DNA from: Verrucomicrobiota bacterium
GTDB lineage: Bacteria > Verrucomicrobiota > Verrucomicrobiia > Limisphaerales > Palsa-1400
NCBI GenBank assembly: GCA_049510745.1
Contig: JBEKYR010000020.1
Coordinates: 23,555 to 87,554 of the forward strand
Reading direction: 5' to 3'
Length of the DNA stretch: 64,000 bases
Shown: in pieces, positions 51,046 through 61,300 of the stretch
Numbering within the stretch: position 1 is the first letter of the stretch
How the letters are laid out: each line of letters opens with the position of its first letter
Made by a program: the position numbers and the translations under genes
Notes under the pieces: model-generated
Seen by the model: the letters and a program-made list of their open reading frames with translations, nothing else
Database searches by the model: none
What the model was told of the DNA's origin: nothing

Positions 51046-51408
51046 GCGAAACCAAAGAGGAGATTGCCGCAAAAGATCACAGAGATCACAAAGAAAAGAA
51101 GATAAGTTGCTGACTATGTGCGCGTTATGTTCGTTTTTGGCAAAAATCCTCTCAACACGGCAAACCTTTTCGGGAGAGCCGCGCAAAGGGGCGTCCGCCT
51201 GCGCGTGACGCAGGTTCCTTACTGCCTGGAGTGCCTGCGCCCGTGGTGAGGCAGCATGGGGGCTGGCCCTGCGGCGAGGGACAGGGTGCTCCCCGGCGGC
51301 TCCAGTTTATGTCAAACAGCGAGTCCTCGCCTGGGTTCATAGTCTCATGTTTTTACATGATTGCAAGCATTTTTTTACTGGATCACACTAGAAAACCAAA
51401 GGAAGGCG

Positions 51409-51442
51409 ACCACGGATGGACACGGATTAACACGGATAAAAC
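51409..51442. repeat. CACGGAT-type repeat block
   Basis: ACCACGGATGGACACGGATTAACACGGATAAAAC; one mismatch to the reverse complement of 10977-11010. Confidence 0.8.
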
Positions 51443-51878
51443 AAATTATCGGGCTGACAAGTGAACAAATTGTCGGGCTGACGCTGGCGGGTGGGCTGGC
51501 GGGTGGGGATAGGAAGCGACGGGTTTTCCATCCGTGAAAATCCGCGAAATCCGTGGTGAGAAACTTTCCTGAAAATGAATGATGCTGAGACGTAGATAGA
51601 GGGTTATGGATGTTTTGGCCGAGCCAAAAAGGGGAACCAGTGAAAAGAATATGATTCTGAGGCCCGCAGAACACGCTGAATGACGCAGAACCCAGCGCGG
51701 CTCGCCGCAACCAAAAAAAGACGGACCGATGAACCCTCCGGCACCGACGCGGCTTCCGCCGTCGCTCCAGGGGACGGAGCTGTGGCGGACGGAATGGCGG
51801 GCAGGCAAGATAAAGACGATGTTTTCCCTTGCCGCATTGTTGGTTGACAGGGCGGGAGGGAGGGGGCAGGCTCCGATC

Positions 51879-52107
51879 ATGGCGCGAAAGGTTCGTCTGC
51901 AAGATCCGGACGGCATTTGTCAGTTGATGCACCGGGGCGACCGCCGGGAAGCGGTCTTTTCTGGCCTTGCAACGCCAGGGCGACGCGGTGAGGATCGCCC
52001 TGGCGCGGCGGTTGCGGCGGGAGACGACGATGCCGCTCAAATGGATTTGCGACCGGCTACAGATGGGATCCTGGAAATCCGTCCATCGGAGGCTCTATGA
52101 ACGCTGA
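51879..52107 (+). pseudogene. Internally deleted RAYT / Y1 transposase (MARPLR-type with C-terminal HTH)
   Basis: MARKVRLQDPDGICQLMHRGDRREAVF is joined out of frame at ~51960 to IALARRLRRETTMPLKWICDRLQMGSW; the HUH core is absent. Confidence 0.75.
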
Positions 52108-52344
52108 CAGATAAAATGTTGAGATGCTAGAGGTAATTGCAAAAGTGGCAAAAAGCGTGAATATGGGCTGGAAACAAGCAGCCAACCGGTCGTTTGGCCT
52201 CGTTTCCGGGGGGTTTTGCAATTACCTCGCTAGGAAGCCCTTTACTTCAAATCGCATGGCCGGCCCGATCCAGAGTTCGACTGGTGGAGAAATGAAGTTG
52301 CCAAGGCGGTCAAATTCAAATGGAATCCATACTTATAATATCAC

Positions 52345-53262
52345 ATGAACTGTCCATTTTGTCATCCGGGCGCGCCCATCTACATCACAGGAGGCCATGT
52401 CCCAGTGAAGTGTGAAAACTGTGGAACATTCAATATTTCTGCCGAAGCCTTGGCCGCATTAAAAGACGATGCATGGAAACTTAGTTCTTATGTTTCGGAA
52501 ATGAATCGCCGAGGCATCACACCGTTTTTCTTTCCAACCCAGAGTTCTGTCCCGGAGGTTACATCGCCCGGCAGCGTGGGCATCGATGCTGCCATCCAAG
52601 CCTTCCCAAGCTCTGTCGCGGAACGACTGGATCGCGCGTTGGTAAATCTGTCGGCAATCACCCAGCACCTTGGCCAGGGCATCAGGATCGACACCGAAGG
52701 TTGTGATCCGTTGCTTTACGCTCAGAATCCCACCGAGGTGTTATTCATCCTTCAACAGTTTGAGCGGGAGGGCTACCTAATCGGGTGTACGAGCGATATG
52801 CCGACTGATGTGTCTCTTACCGCCAAGGGCTTGAACCGCGTCGCGGACTTGCAGCGCGGCCTGTATGGTCCATTGCACAAACAGGTCTTTGTCGCCATAT
52901 CGTTCCACCCGTCTTTGGATGCCGCTTGGGCGGACGGCCTGAAACCAGGTATCGAGGATTGCGGTTACGAGGCGCTCCGTGTGGATGCCAAAGAACACAA
53001 CGAGAAGATTTGCGATTTCATTATTGCCGAGATTCGGAAGAGCAAATTCCTCGTCGCGGATTTTTCACTCCATCGCCAAGGCGTTTACTTTGAGGCTGGG
53101 ATGATGTTGGGCCTGGGCCGTCCCGTCATTTTCACCTGCCGCAAAGATGAACTGGAAAAGGCACATTTCGACACCCGCCAATACAACCACATCGAATGGG
53201 AAACCCCCGCCGAACTCCGCGAGCGCCTCAAACGGCGCATTCAAGCCACTATCGCGCTATGA
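52345..53262 (+). CDS. Zn-ribbon + wHTH + nucleoside 2-deoxyribosyltransferase/TIR-like domain protein
   Basis: CPFC...CENC; SLTAKG; QVFVAISF...IRKSKFLVADFS...GVYFEAG...PVIFTC...HFDTRQYNHIEW; AT-richer than flanks. Confidence 0.75.
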   Translation: MNCPFCHPGAPIYITGGHVPVKCENCGTFNISAEALAALKDDAWKLSSYVSEMNRRGITPFFFPTQSSVPEVTSPGSVGIDAAIQAFPSSVAERLDRALVNLSAITQHLGQGIRIDTEGCDPLLYAQNPTEVLFILQQFEREGYLIGCTSDMPTDVSLTAKGLNRVADLQRGLYGPLHKQVFVAISFHPSLDAAWADGLKPGIEDCGYEALRVDAKEHNEKICDFIIAEIRKSKFLVADFSLHRQGVYFEAGMMLGLGRPVIFTCRKDELEKAHFDTRQYNHIEWETPAELRERLKRRIQATIAL

Positions 53263-53296
53263 ACATGGACTGCTCCACTTCCACCCAAATCGAGGT

Positions 53297-53414
53297 TCGG
53301 TGTCACATCTAAACATTCAACAATCCGGCTTCCGATTGTGAGAATTGGGTTGGGCCGTTCTCTTGCCTCTCCTGGCAAAGCCAAGCGTCGAATGCTTGGA
53401 TTTGACCCCCAGGC
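53297..53414. repeat. ~120-bp element with imperfect terminal inverted repeats (copy 2)
   Basis: GGTGTCACATCTAAACATTCAAC ... GTCGAATGCTTGGATTTGACCCC; homologous to 10619-10740. Confidence 0.78.
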
Positions 53415-53498
53415 TTTGGGACGGTCTGCTGGACGCGGTGCAGGCGAGTGCGGTTAAAATAAGACTGTAGCCACGTTAATTGTCGAAGGCCCTCTCAA

Positions 53499-53571
53499 GG
53501 TAGGGTCGCCTCGCCGAGGCGACCGCTTCGGTAAGAACCACCCACGGACGGCTCGGCGAGCCGTCCCTACC
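53499..53571. repeat. Inverted REP doublet (REPIN-like, GTAG family)
   Basis: GTAGGGTCGCCTCGCCGAGGCGACCG ... CGGACGGCTCGGCGAGCCGTCCCTAC. Confidence 0.85.
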
Positions 53572-53610
53572 AAGTCAATTCCAGAGGGCAAAAGTTTATT
53601 TAAACCGCTC

Positions 53611-53734
53611 GAGTGCGGCGGCAGGGATGCCGCGCCGAGGCGTCCGGGGCGAGACAGGGGCGGGACTGGCTTGAGTGCGGCGGCAGGGATGCCGCGCCGA
53701 GGCGTCCGGGGCGAGACAGGGGCGGGACTGGCTT
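53611..53734 (+). repeat. Perfect 62-bp tandem duplication, each unit containing a degenerate REP
   Basis: GAGTGCGGCGGCAGGGATGCCGCGCCGAGGCGTCCGGGGCGAGACAGGGGCGGGACTGGCTT x2. Confidence 0.9.
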
Positions 53735-53761
53735 GACAGAAACCACCGCCGGGCCATCCTT

Positions 53762-54223
53762 GTGCCATTGACATTTTCCATCCGTCATTCTCTGCCGCAC
53801 CAGGTGCCTCTTTGGGTTGACCCGAAGAAAGAAGTTTATTTTATTACGATTAACTGCCAGCACAGAGGCCTGAATCAACTGATCCATCCCGAACTCGCCG
53901 CCGCCCTGCTCGACACCGTCAAACTCCGCCATGATAGATTCATTTGGTTCGCGCACATATTTCTTCTCATGCCCGATCACGTCCACGCGTTGCTTTCATT
54001 CCCGCCTTCCCGAAACACCGTGCAGCGGACCGTCACCCTCTGGAAACGCTGGACGGCGCGGCAGATGGGAATCCAGTGGCAGCGTGATTTTTTCGAACAT
54101 CGCCTTCGTTCAGACGAAAGCTGGCGTGAGAAAGCTGATTACATTCTGGCCAATCCGGTTCGCAAAGGACTGGTTGCAGAGATCTCCCAGTGGCCGCACG
54201 TGTTTTTCCCCAGTCCCCCTTAA
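53762..54223 (+). mobile_element. REP-associated tyrosine transposase (RAYT), apparently intact
   Basis: VYFITINC, LMPDHVHAL (HUH), WQRDFFEHRLR, YILANPVRKGLV and WPH motifs; flanked by REPs. Confidence 0.9.
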
Positions 54224-54231
54224 ACTGCCCC

Positions 54232-54258
54232 CGGACGCCTCGGCGAGGCGTCCCTACC
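54232..54258 (-). repeat. REP (GTAG family) downstream of RAYT
   Basis: Reverse complement is GGTAGGGACGCCTCGCCGAGGCGTCCG. Confidence 0.85.
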
Positions 54259-54316
54259 AAATATGGGTTCCCGAAGAAGTCGCTCAGGATCGGGGTGACT
54301 GCATGGCGGCCCTTTG

Positions 54317-54823
54317 TCACCGGCTTGCCACTGCCAACCGCTCCCAGATTAGCACAAAGCCGCTGGCGAAGTCTTGGGGGCGTTGGCGGATCAACTCGGT
54401 GAGGCGGGCCGGGGTGAACCATTCGCCGCGCTCGATTTCTTCGGGATGCAGCGTGAACGGGCCTTCGGATTCCAGGCGATAGACCCAGACGAATTCCTGG
54501 CCGGTCGCGGCGCAGGCCTCAATCTTGAAGAGGCGGCGCGGCGGCGCGGCGAGGATGAGGCCGATCTCCTCGCGCAACTCGCGCACGGCGCAGGCGTCGT
54601 AGTCCTCGCCGCTGTCAAGGTGGCCGGAGGCGGAGGAGTCCCACGCGCCGGGGAAGGTGTCCTTGGTCATCGACCGCTTTTGCAGGAAGAGGTCGCCGCG
54701 GGCGTTGAAGACCAGCACGTGGACGGACCGGTGTTTGCGGCCCTCGCGATGGACCCGCGCGCGCGGCATCCGGCCGATGACCTCGTCGCGCTCGTTGACG
54801 ATGTCGAAAATCTCGTCGTTCAT
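54317..54823 (-). CDS. NUDIX hydrolase (IDI/YfcD-like)
   Basis: HRSVHVLVFN, LQKRS and GHLDSGEDYDACAVRELREEIG (Nudix box). Confidence 0.9.
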   Translation of the reverse strand: MNDEIFDIVNERDEVIGRMPRARVHREGRKHRSVHVLVFNARGDLFLQKRSMTKDTFPGAWDSSASGHLDSGEDYDACAVRELREEIGLILAAPPRRLFKIEACAATGQEFVWVYRLESEGPFTLHPEEIERGEWFTPARLTELIRQRPQDFASGFVLIWERLAVASR

Positions 54824-55641
54824 TGGGCCAGCATCTGCGTCAGGCGCGCGAATTGTTCCAGGCTGACTTCCTCGGCGCGGATTTGCGGCGACAGTCCAAG
54901 GCGCTGAAAGGCTGTCAACACTCTGTCTTCCGGGAAGTCCTCTTTGAGCAGTTTGCGCATCATTTTGCGCCGTTGCGAAAAGCCGCGCTTGACGATTCTG
55001 GTGAACGGCGCTTCCAGCGCGGCGGGCAGCAATGGCTCCGTCCGGCGCTCCAGCGTCACGCAGGCGGAGTCCACGTCCGGCGCGGGAAAAAAGCAGGAGG
55101 CGGGAATCTTAAACCAGCCCCGCAACTGGTAGCGCAGGCGGAGCAGCAGGCCAAACACGCCGTATTGCCCGCTGCCGGTCGGGGCGTCGAGGCGCTGGGC
55201 GACTTCCAGTTGCAACGTCGCCACCATGCGGTCGGGCGGCGCCTCGGCTTCGGCCAGTTCGACCAAAAGGGTCGAGGCGACCGCGTAGGGCAGATTGGCC
55301 ACGAGCTTCCAACCACCCCAGCGTCGCCCGGTTTTCAGATGTTCCACCGCGTCGGCGCGCAGCAGTTTGAGGTTGGGAGCGCCGGCCAGTTTTTGGGCGA
55401 GAAAATCAAAGAGACGCTGGTCTTTCTCGATGGCCAGCACTTCGCCGGCTTGCGCGATGAGCAACTCCGTCAACGGACCCAGCCCCGGCCCGATTTCCAG
55501 GACTTTGTCGCCCGGCCCCAGTTGGGCCGCCGCTATCATCCGCCGAAGCTGGTTGTGGTCGTGCAGGAAATTTTGTCCGAGCGACTTGGTCAGTTTCCAG
55601 CCGCGCTCCGCCAGGACCTGCTTCATCTCGGAAAGTTTCAC
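54820..55641 (-). CDS. rsmA: 16S rRNA adenine dimethyltransferase
   Basis: KSLGQNFL, VLEIGPGLG, VANLPY, PAPDVDS and FSQRRKM motifs. Confidence 0.95.
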   Translation of the reverse strand: MKLSEMKQVLAERGWKLTKSLGQNFLHDHNQLRRMIAAAQLGPGDKVLEIGPGLGPLTELLIAQAGEVLAIEKDQRLFDFLAQKLAGAPNLKLLRADAVEHLKTGRRWGGWKLVANLPYAVASTLLVELAEAEAPPDRMVATLQLEVAQRLDAPTGSGQYGVFGLLLRLRYQLRGWFKIPASCFFPAPDVDSACVTLERRTEPLLPAALEAPFTRIVKRGFSQRRKMMRKLLKEDFPEDRVLTAFQRLGLSPQIRAEEVSLEQFARLTQMLAQ

Positions 55642-56924
55642 GACAGCGCCAGTTTCAAGGCATGGACGGCCGCGGCGAGTTCCGAACGGGTGATGGTCAG
55701 CGGCGGGGTAAAACTGATGACGTTCGCGTGCCCGCCTTCGGGCAGCACAATGAAGCCGCGGCGCAACATCTCCTTGACGGCCCGCACGGCCAGGTCCGCG
55801 GCGGGCGAACCGTCGGCGTTCCTCAATTCGACGCCCGCCATCAGGCCGCGTCCGCGGATTTCGATTTGACAATGCGGCGGCGCGATTTCCGCGCGCAGGG
55901 TCTCCAGCAGGAAGCGGCCCAAGGCGGCGGCGCGCCGCGGGAGTTTCCGGGCGCGAATTTCGGCGATTTGCGCCAGAGCCATCGCGCAGCCCACCGGGTT
56001 GCCCTGAAACGTGCTGGTATGAATGGCCTCGCCGGTGGAAGGGGGCCAGGCGGCGTCCATGAGGCCCGCCCGCCCCACGCAAGCCGAAAGGGGGAATCCG
56101 CCCGTCAGCGCCTTGCCGAGACAGATCAAGTCCGGCACGGTGCCGCTCTGTTCGCAGGCGAACCATTTTCCGGTGCGGCCAAAGCCGGTGTAAATTTCAT
56201 CCAGGATGAGCAAGGCGCCGTGGCGGTCGCACAGGGCGCGCAAGAGCGGCAGAAAATCGTCCGGCGGCACGCGGATGCCGCCGCGCGCCTGGATCGGCTC
56301 GGCCAGGACAGCGCCGCATCGTTTGCTGTCAAGAAGTGTTTTGACGCGCCGCTCCAGGTCCCGCAAATCACCCGCCTGCGCCGGAAAGGGGACAAAATGG
56401 CCGAAGCGGCGCAACTGGGGCAGAAAGGGCGCGCGGAAGAACGGGCGGTGGGTGGCGTTGAGCGCGCCGTAACCCAAGCCGTGGTAGGCGCCGGTGAACG
56501 CCACGATCTCCTTCCGGCCCGTGGCCAGGATCGCGGTCTTGAGCGCGGCCTCGACCGCTTCGAAGCCGGAGTTGTTGAAAATGGTCTTGCCGCGTCCGCC
56601 GCCCCAGCGCCCGAACGTCACCCGGCTCAACTCGCGCGCCAGTTGCGCCTTCAAGGCGTGCGGATGGACGTCGCCCATGGCGTGCGGCAACCGGCGCAAC
56701 TGCCGTTGGCCGGCCGCGACCACCCGCGGGTTGGCGTGCCCCGCCGCGGCCACGCCAAAGGCCGCTGTCAAATCGAGATACTGCCGGCCCTCCGCGTCCC
56801 AGACGCGCGCGCCCCTGGCCCGTTCCCAGACAATCGGCCACGATCCATCCGCTTCGATGCGGAGCATGTTGCGCGATTCGAAGGCGCGGAGCAGGTCCAG
56901 GACGCTTTTTGTCGCGGCCTTCAT
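55638..56924 (-). CDS. Class III PLP-dependent aminotransferase
   Basis: SGFEAVEAALK, AYHG, DEIYTGFGRTG and LGKALTGG motifs. Confidence 0.92.
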   Translation of the reverse strand: MKAATKSVLDLLRAFESRNMLRIEADGSWPIVWERARGARVWDAEGRQYLDLTAAFGVAAAGHANPRVVAAGQRQLRRLPHAMGDVHPHALKAQLARELSRVTFGRWGGGRGKTIFNNSGFEAVEAALKTAILATGRKEIVAFTGAYHGLGYGALNATHRPFFRAPFLPQLRRFGHFVPFPAQAGDLRDLERRVKTLLDSKRCGAVLAEPIQARGGIRVPPDDFLPLLRALCDRHGALLILDEIYTGFGRTGKWFACEQSGTVPDLICLGKALTGGFPLSACVGRAGLMDAAWPPSTGEAIHTSTFQGNPVGCAMALAQIAEIRARKLPRRAAALGRFLLETLRAEIAPPHCQIEIRGRGLMAGVELRNADGSPAADLAVRAVKEMLRRGFIVLPEGGHANVISFTPPLTITRSELAAAVHALKLALS

Positions 56925-56928
56925 GCGG

Positions 56929-57663
56929 CTAAACGCCCTTCCGGCCGGGCGGCCAGATGAACTTGTGCATTTGCAGTTGAAACCGCACCGGCAACGCGTC
57001 GGCCACGATCTTCTCGACCAATTGGCGGCGGGAGATGGGGACCTGGCCCGGCGGGACGGGGCGGAGGGATTTGTCCCGCTGGCGCGGCAGGAGCGGGGCC
57101 GCCCAGGAAAAGAGGACCGGGCAAACCCGGGCCAGATTCCGAGTCAAGACGATTTCCCTGGCCCAGGCGTAATCCTGGGCCGTGCCGATGACGAACTTGA
57201 CCTCGTCGGTGGCCTTCAAGTGCTGGAGGTTTTCCCAGCGGTTGCGCGCCGCTTCGCCGCTGCTCGGGGCTTTCAAATCCATGATGCGCCGGACCCGCGG
57301 ATCGACCGGAGCAATGTCCAGCGCGCCGCTCGTTTCGAGCAGGACGGTGAAGCCGTCGTCGCACAGCGATTTCATCAGCGCCGGGGCGTTTTTTTGCAGA
57401 AGCGGCTCGCCCCCGGTCAGTTCCACCAACGGCAGGCGTCCCAAGGCGGAAGTTGCGGCGAAAGGTTTGGCCAGTTCATGGACTCGCGCGGAAACCGCCG
57501 CCAGCGTCATCCGTTTTCCCCCGGTGAAGGCGTAGGCGGTGTCGCAATAGGAACAGCGCAGATTGCAGGCGGTCAGGCGCACGAAAACACAGGGCAACCC
57601 CGCCAGGGTGCTCTCGCCTTGCACGCTGAGGTAGATTTCGCTGATGACCAATGCGCCGGACAC
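56929..57663 (-). CDS. queE: 7-carboxy-7-deazaguanine synthase-type radical SAM protein
   Basis: EIYLSVQGE, CNLRCSYCDT, TGGEPLLQ and LQMHKFIW motifs. Confidence 0.85.
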   Translation of the reverse strand: MSGALVISEIYLSVQGESTLAGLPCVFVRLTACNLRCSYCDTAYAFTGGKRMTLAAVSARVHELAKPFAATSALGRLPLVELTGGEPLLQKNAPALMKSLCDDGFTVLLETSGALDIAPVDPRVRRIMDLKAPSSGEAARNRWENLQHLKATDEVKFVIGTAQDYAWAREIVLTRNLARVCPVLFSWAAPLLPRQRDKSLRPVPPGQVPISRRQLVEKIVADALPVRFQLQMHKFIWPPGRKGV

Positions 57664-57734
57664 ACTGACAGTTTACGAGTTACGATTTACGAAATACGAG
57701 ACACAAATGCGGAGAACCGGGGACATTTTAAGTT

Positions 57735-58361
57735 TCAGCGGCGGAGGAACTTCGCCACCGCCTCGGTGCGGGTGCGGACCTGGAGCTTTTCGTAAATGCG
57801 CCGGATGTAGGTATGCACCGTCTCGTAACTGATGCCCATTCTCTCGGCGATCTCCTTGTAAAGAAAACCCTGGCTGAGAAAATCCAGCACCTCCTGTTCG
57901 CGGGCGGAGAGGACCTGGCCCGGCGGGGGGGTGGGGCCGGTTTTTTGGAACGATTGCACGACTTTGCGGGCAATGTGGGTGGTCATGGGGGAACCGCCGC
58001 GGTGAACCTCGCGGATCGCCTCGAGCAACTCGGCCCGCGGGGCGCGTTTGAGCAGATAGCCGTTGGCCCCCGCCGCCAGCGCGTTGAAAATGTTTTCCGT
58101 GTCCTCGTAGGCGGTCAGCATGACGGCGGAAATTTCGGGGGCCGCCTGCTTCAAGCGGCGCACGCACTCGACGCCGTTGATGCCCGGCAGGTTGATGTCC
58201 ATCAGCACCACGCCGGGCTTGTCCCTGGGCAGCCCCTCCAAGGCCGCCTCGGCCGTGCCGTATTGGCTGACGCATTGGAAGCCGTCGGAGCGGTTGAGCA
58301 TGCGCGCCAGAGTGCCGCGCAACTGCTCGTTGTCTTCGACGATGGAAACGCGAATGGGCAT
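57735..58361 (-). CDS. NarL/LuxR-family response regulator
   Basis: REC domain (LMDINLPG) and LuxR HTH (LSAREQEVL...TVHTYIRRIYEKL). Confidence 0.95.
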   Translation of the reverse strand: MPIRVSIVEDNEQLRGTLARMLNRSDGFQCVSQYGTAEAALEGLPRDKPGVVLMDINLPGINGVECVRRLKQAAPEISAVMLTAYEDTENIFNALAAGANGYLLKRAPRAELLEAIREVHRGGSPMTTHIARKVVQSFQKTGPTPPPGQVLSAREQEVLDFLSQGFLYKEIAERMGISYETVHTYIRRIYEKLQVRTRTEAVAKFLRR

Positions 58362-58365
58362 AAAC

Positions 58366-61300
58366 TCAGCTTCGGGCCAGCGGGACCGTCAGGCGCACCC
58401 GCGTGCCGCCCTGGCCGCCCGGCCCGATGAGAAAGCCGCCGCCAATATCTTCCATCCTTTTGCGCATGTTGCGCAATCCATTTCTTGACGCCGCCGCCTT
58501 CTCGTTGAGGCCGGCGGGGCCGCGGCCGTTGTCTTCGATTTCGAGGGTGAAAGAGTCCGGGTCCAGGCGCAGGCGCAGGCAGGCTTCGGAGGCGCGGGCG
58601 TGTTTGACGACGTTGGTGACCGCCTCGCGGGCGGCCAGGAAGACGTTGTGCCGGGTCTCGGGCGAAATGGCCGCCGGGGGCAGTTGCGGGGGGACATCCA
58701 GCCGGAAGCGCACGCCGGCCGTGCCCAGGTAGTCCTGGGCCTGCTTGCAAATATAATTGACAAGTCCGTCCAGGGTGTCGTTGGACGGGTTGACCGTCCA
58801 GACGATTTCGTCCAGGGCGCGGGAGGTTTCGCGCGAGGTCTGGGAAATCTGCCGGGCGTGGGCGGCGGCCTCCTCCGGGTTGTCCTTGTCCGCCTCGGCC
58901 ATGTCCCCCAGGAGGGCCAACTGGGTGAGGCTGGCGCCGACCTGATCGTGAATGTCGCGGGCGATGCGGGCGCGCTCCTTTTCCAGGGCTTGTTGTTGAC
59001 GCAGCGCGGCGACCTGCCGCTGCAGCTTTTGGGTCGAAATGTAATAAACGGCCCCGCTGACCAGGCCCAGGAGGGCGGCCGCCAGCAAGGCGCGAAACCA
59101 GGCTGTCTGCCAGAAAAGAGGCAGGACCAGAACGGCGAGGCTGGCGCCGGTTTCGTTCCAAACGCCGTCTTCATTGCAGGCCCGGACCTGGAAACGATAG
59201 GAGCCGGGCGGGAGCGTGGCGTAGCGGGCAAAGCGGCGGCTGCCGGCTTCGTTCCACTTGGTTTCGTGTCCCTCCAGCCGGTAGCGGAAGCGCGCGCGGT
59301 CGGCCGCGCCCAGATTGAGGCTGGTGTACTGAATTTCCAGATGTTCCCGGCCGGCCGGGATGACGACCGACGGCGGCGGGGCGGCGTGCGGCCCATTGGT
59401 GTTATCCTGCCCCTCGACGAGGGCCGATTCGATTACGACGGGGGGCGGATTGGTGTTGGAATGGATGTCCTTGGGGTTGACAGAAACGACGCCGGCAATG
59501 GTGGGAAACCACAAATCTCCGGCGGGCGTCCGGCAGGCGGCCGGTTGGGCGCCGAGGGTGCATTCGGTGGCGGGCAACCCGTCGCGCTTGTCATAGGCGC
59601 GGCAGGAGATGAAATCGATTGCGCCGGCGGCGAAAGCGTTCAAGTCTTTGCGGCGGGCGCGCATCAGGCCGGCGTTGGAGCCGATCCACAGAAAGCCGTC
59701 GCCGTCCTCAATCAGGTAATCAATACTATTTCCAATCAGCCCGTTTTCCGTGGTGTAGTGGGTCCAATGGCCGTCGCGCAGGCGGATCAGGCCGTTGCCA
59801 AAGGTGCCCGCCCAGAGGACGTCGTCGGCATCGACGTAGAGGGCCGAGATGTTGTCGCTGGGAAAGCCGTTGTTTTGCTGAAAGGAAGCGATGTGGCCGT
59901 CGCGCAGCCGGTCCAGGCCGCCCAATTCGGTGCCGATCCAGAGATCGCCGGAGCGGTCCTGGGCGAGGGCGTGGACGCTGTTGGCGGAGAGGCCGTTATT
60001 GGTCGTGAGCATTTGCCATCGGCTGCCGTCCCAATGGCCCAGGCCGCCCTCCGTTCCCACCCACAGGCCGCCGGAGCGATCTTCAAACAGGGCGGACATC
60101 TCGGGCGTGGACATGTTCAGCACCGGGCGGAAAACGCCGTTTTCCAGCCGAAACAGGCCGGCGCCCAGGGCGGGCTTGGCCGCCGCCCAGACCCGCTGCT
60201 GGCGGTCCACCAGGATGGCCGTGGGATTGAACTTGCTCATCGGCCCCGGAATAGAGGGGACGGGCCGCAACAGGCCGTCCTTCCAATAACTGAAATCCTG
60301 GGACTTGGCGCTCATCCAAACTCCCCCTTGGGCGTCCGGGCAGAGAGATTGCACGACCGAGCCGTAGGTCTCGCCCAGCAGTTTGAAGGCCCGGCGCTTG
60401 ATCCGGTTCAAGCCGCCGCCGTCCAATCCGGCCCAAAGGTCGCCGTCCGCATCGACGTGGAGGCAATAGACGGAGTCGTTGGGCAATCGGTTGGTGGCGC
60501 AAATCCGGGTGAAATTCCCGCGCTCATCGAACCAGAAAATGCCCTGGCCGGAGGAACCGCCGGTGGCGACAACCAGATTTCCATCGCGGTCTTCGCAGGC
60601 CGCCTTGACCATGTCCAGGGCCTTGCCCGTCCACGGGTAGGGTATCGCGGCGCCAACGACATTGGTGCCGGAATACTTGCGGATGAAGCCATCCGCAAGG
60701 CACCAGAAACCGCCGGAACGACTGGCCAGCAAAAGGTCCAACTGGCGCTCTACCGCCGGACCGGGAGTTGTGGGCAAGGCCGCCTCGGAGCGCACGGCCG
60801 CCGGGTCCAAGCCGACAATCCGGTTGCCCGCGCCGAGCCAAACCTTCCCGCCCTTCTCCGCGATGACGGAGCGGCCCGCGCCGCTGTTGAGATTCCAGAC
60901 ATCGACCGATCCGTGCGCGCTTCGTCCCAATTGGCCGTCCTCCGTCAAGAGCCACACCGCCCCGGTGAAGTCCTCGCAAACCGAGGCCAGATGCCCGCGG
61001 CGCCGCCCGCGCCCAATCTTCAAAGACTGCACGCGCCCCTCCTCGATCAGAGCCACGCCGGCCGTTTCGGTGCCGACCCAGAGATTGCCCTGGCTGTCCT
61101 CGAAGAGGCGGACAATGCGGATGCTCTGGAGTTTGGGCGTGTTGCTTTCGTCGAAGACGGTGAAGCGAACGCCGTCAAAGCGGACCAGGCCGTTGAGAGT
61201 GCCGAGCCAGAGATAGCCGTCGCGGGTTTGGAGCATGGCGATGACCGAGCCGTCGGGCAGCAAGCCCTGCTCGGTGCCCCATGTATCAATACTATAATTC

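Noticed and set aside
53297..53414. Canonical integron attC site
   Set aside because: ATTCAAC fits RYYYAAC, but its partner is GTCGAAT rather than GTTRRRY, copy 1 lacks the core, and no IntI is present.
53611..53734. CRISPR array (also considered for the 10-bp arrays)
   Set aside because: Units are contiguous with no unique spacers, and there are no cas genes.
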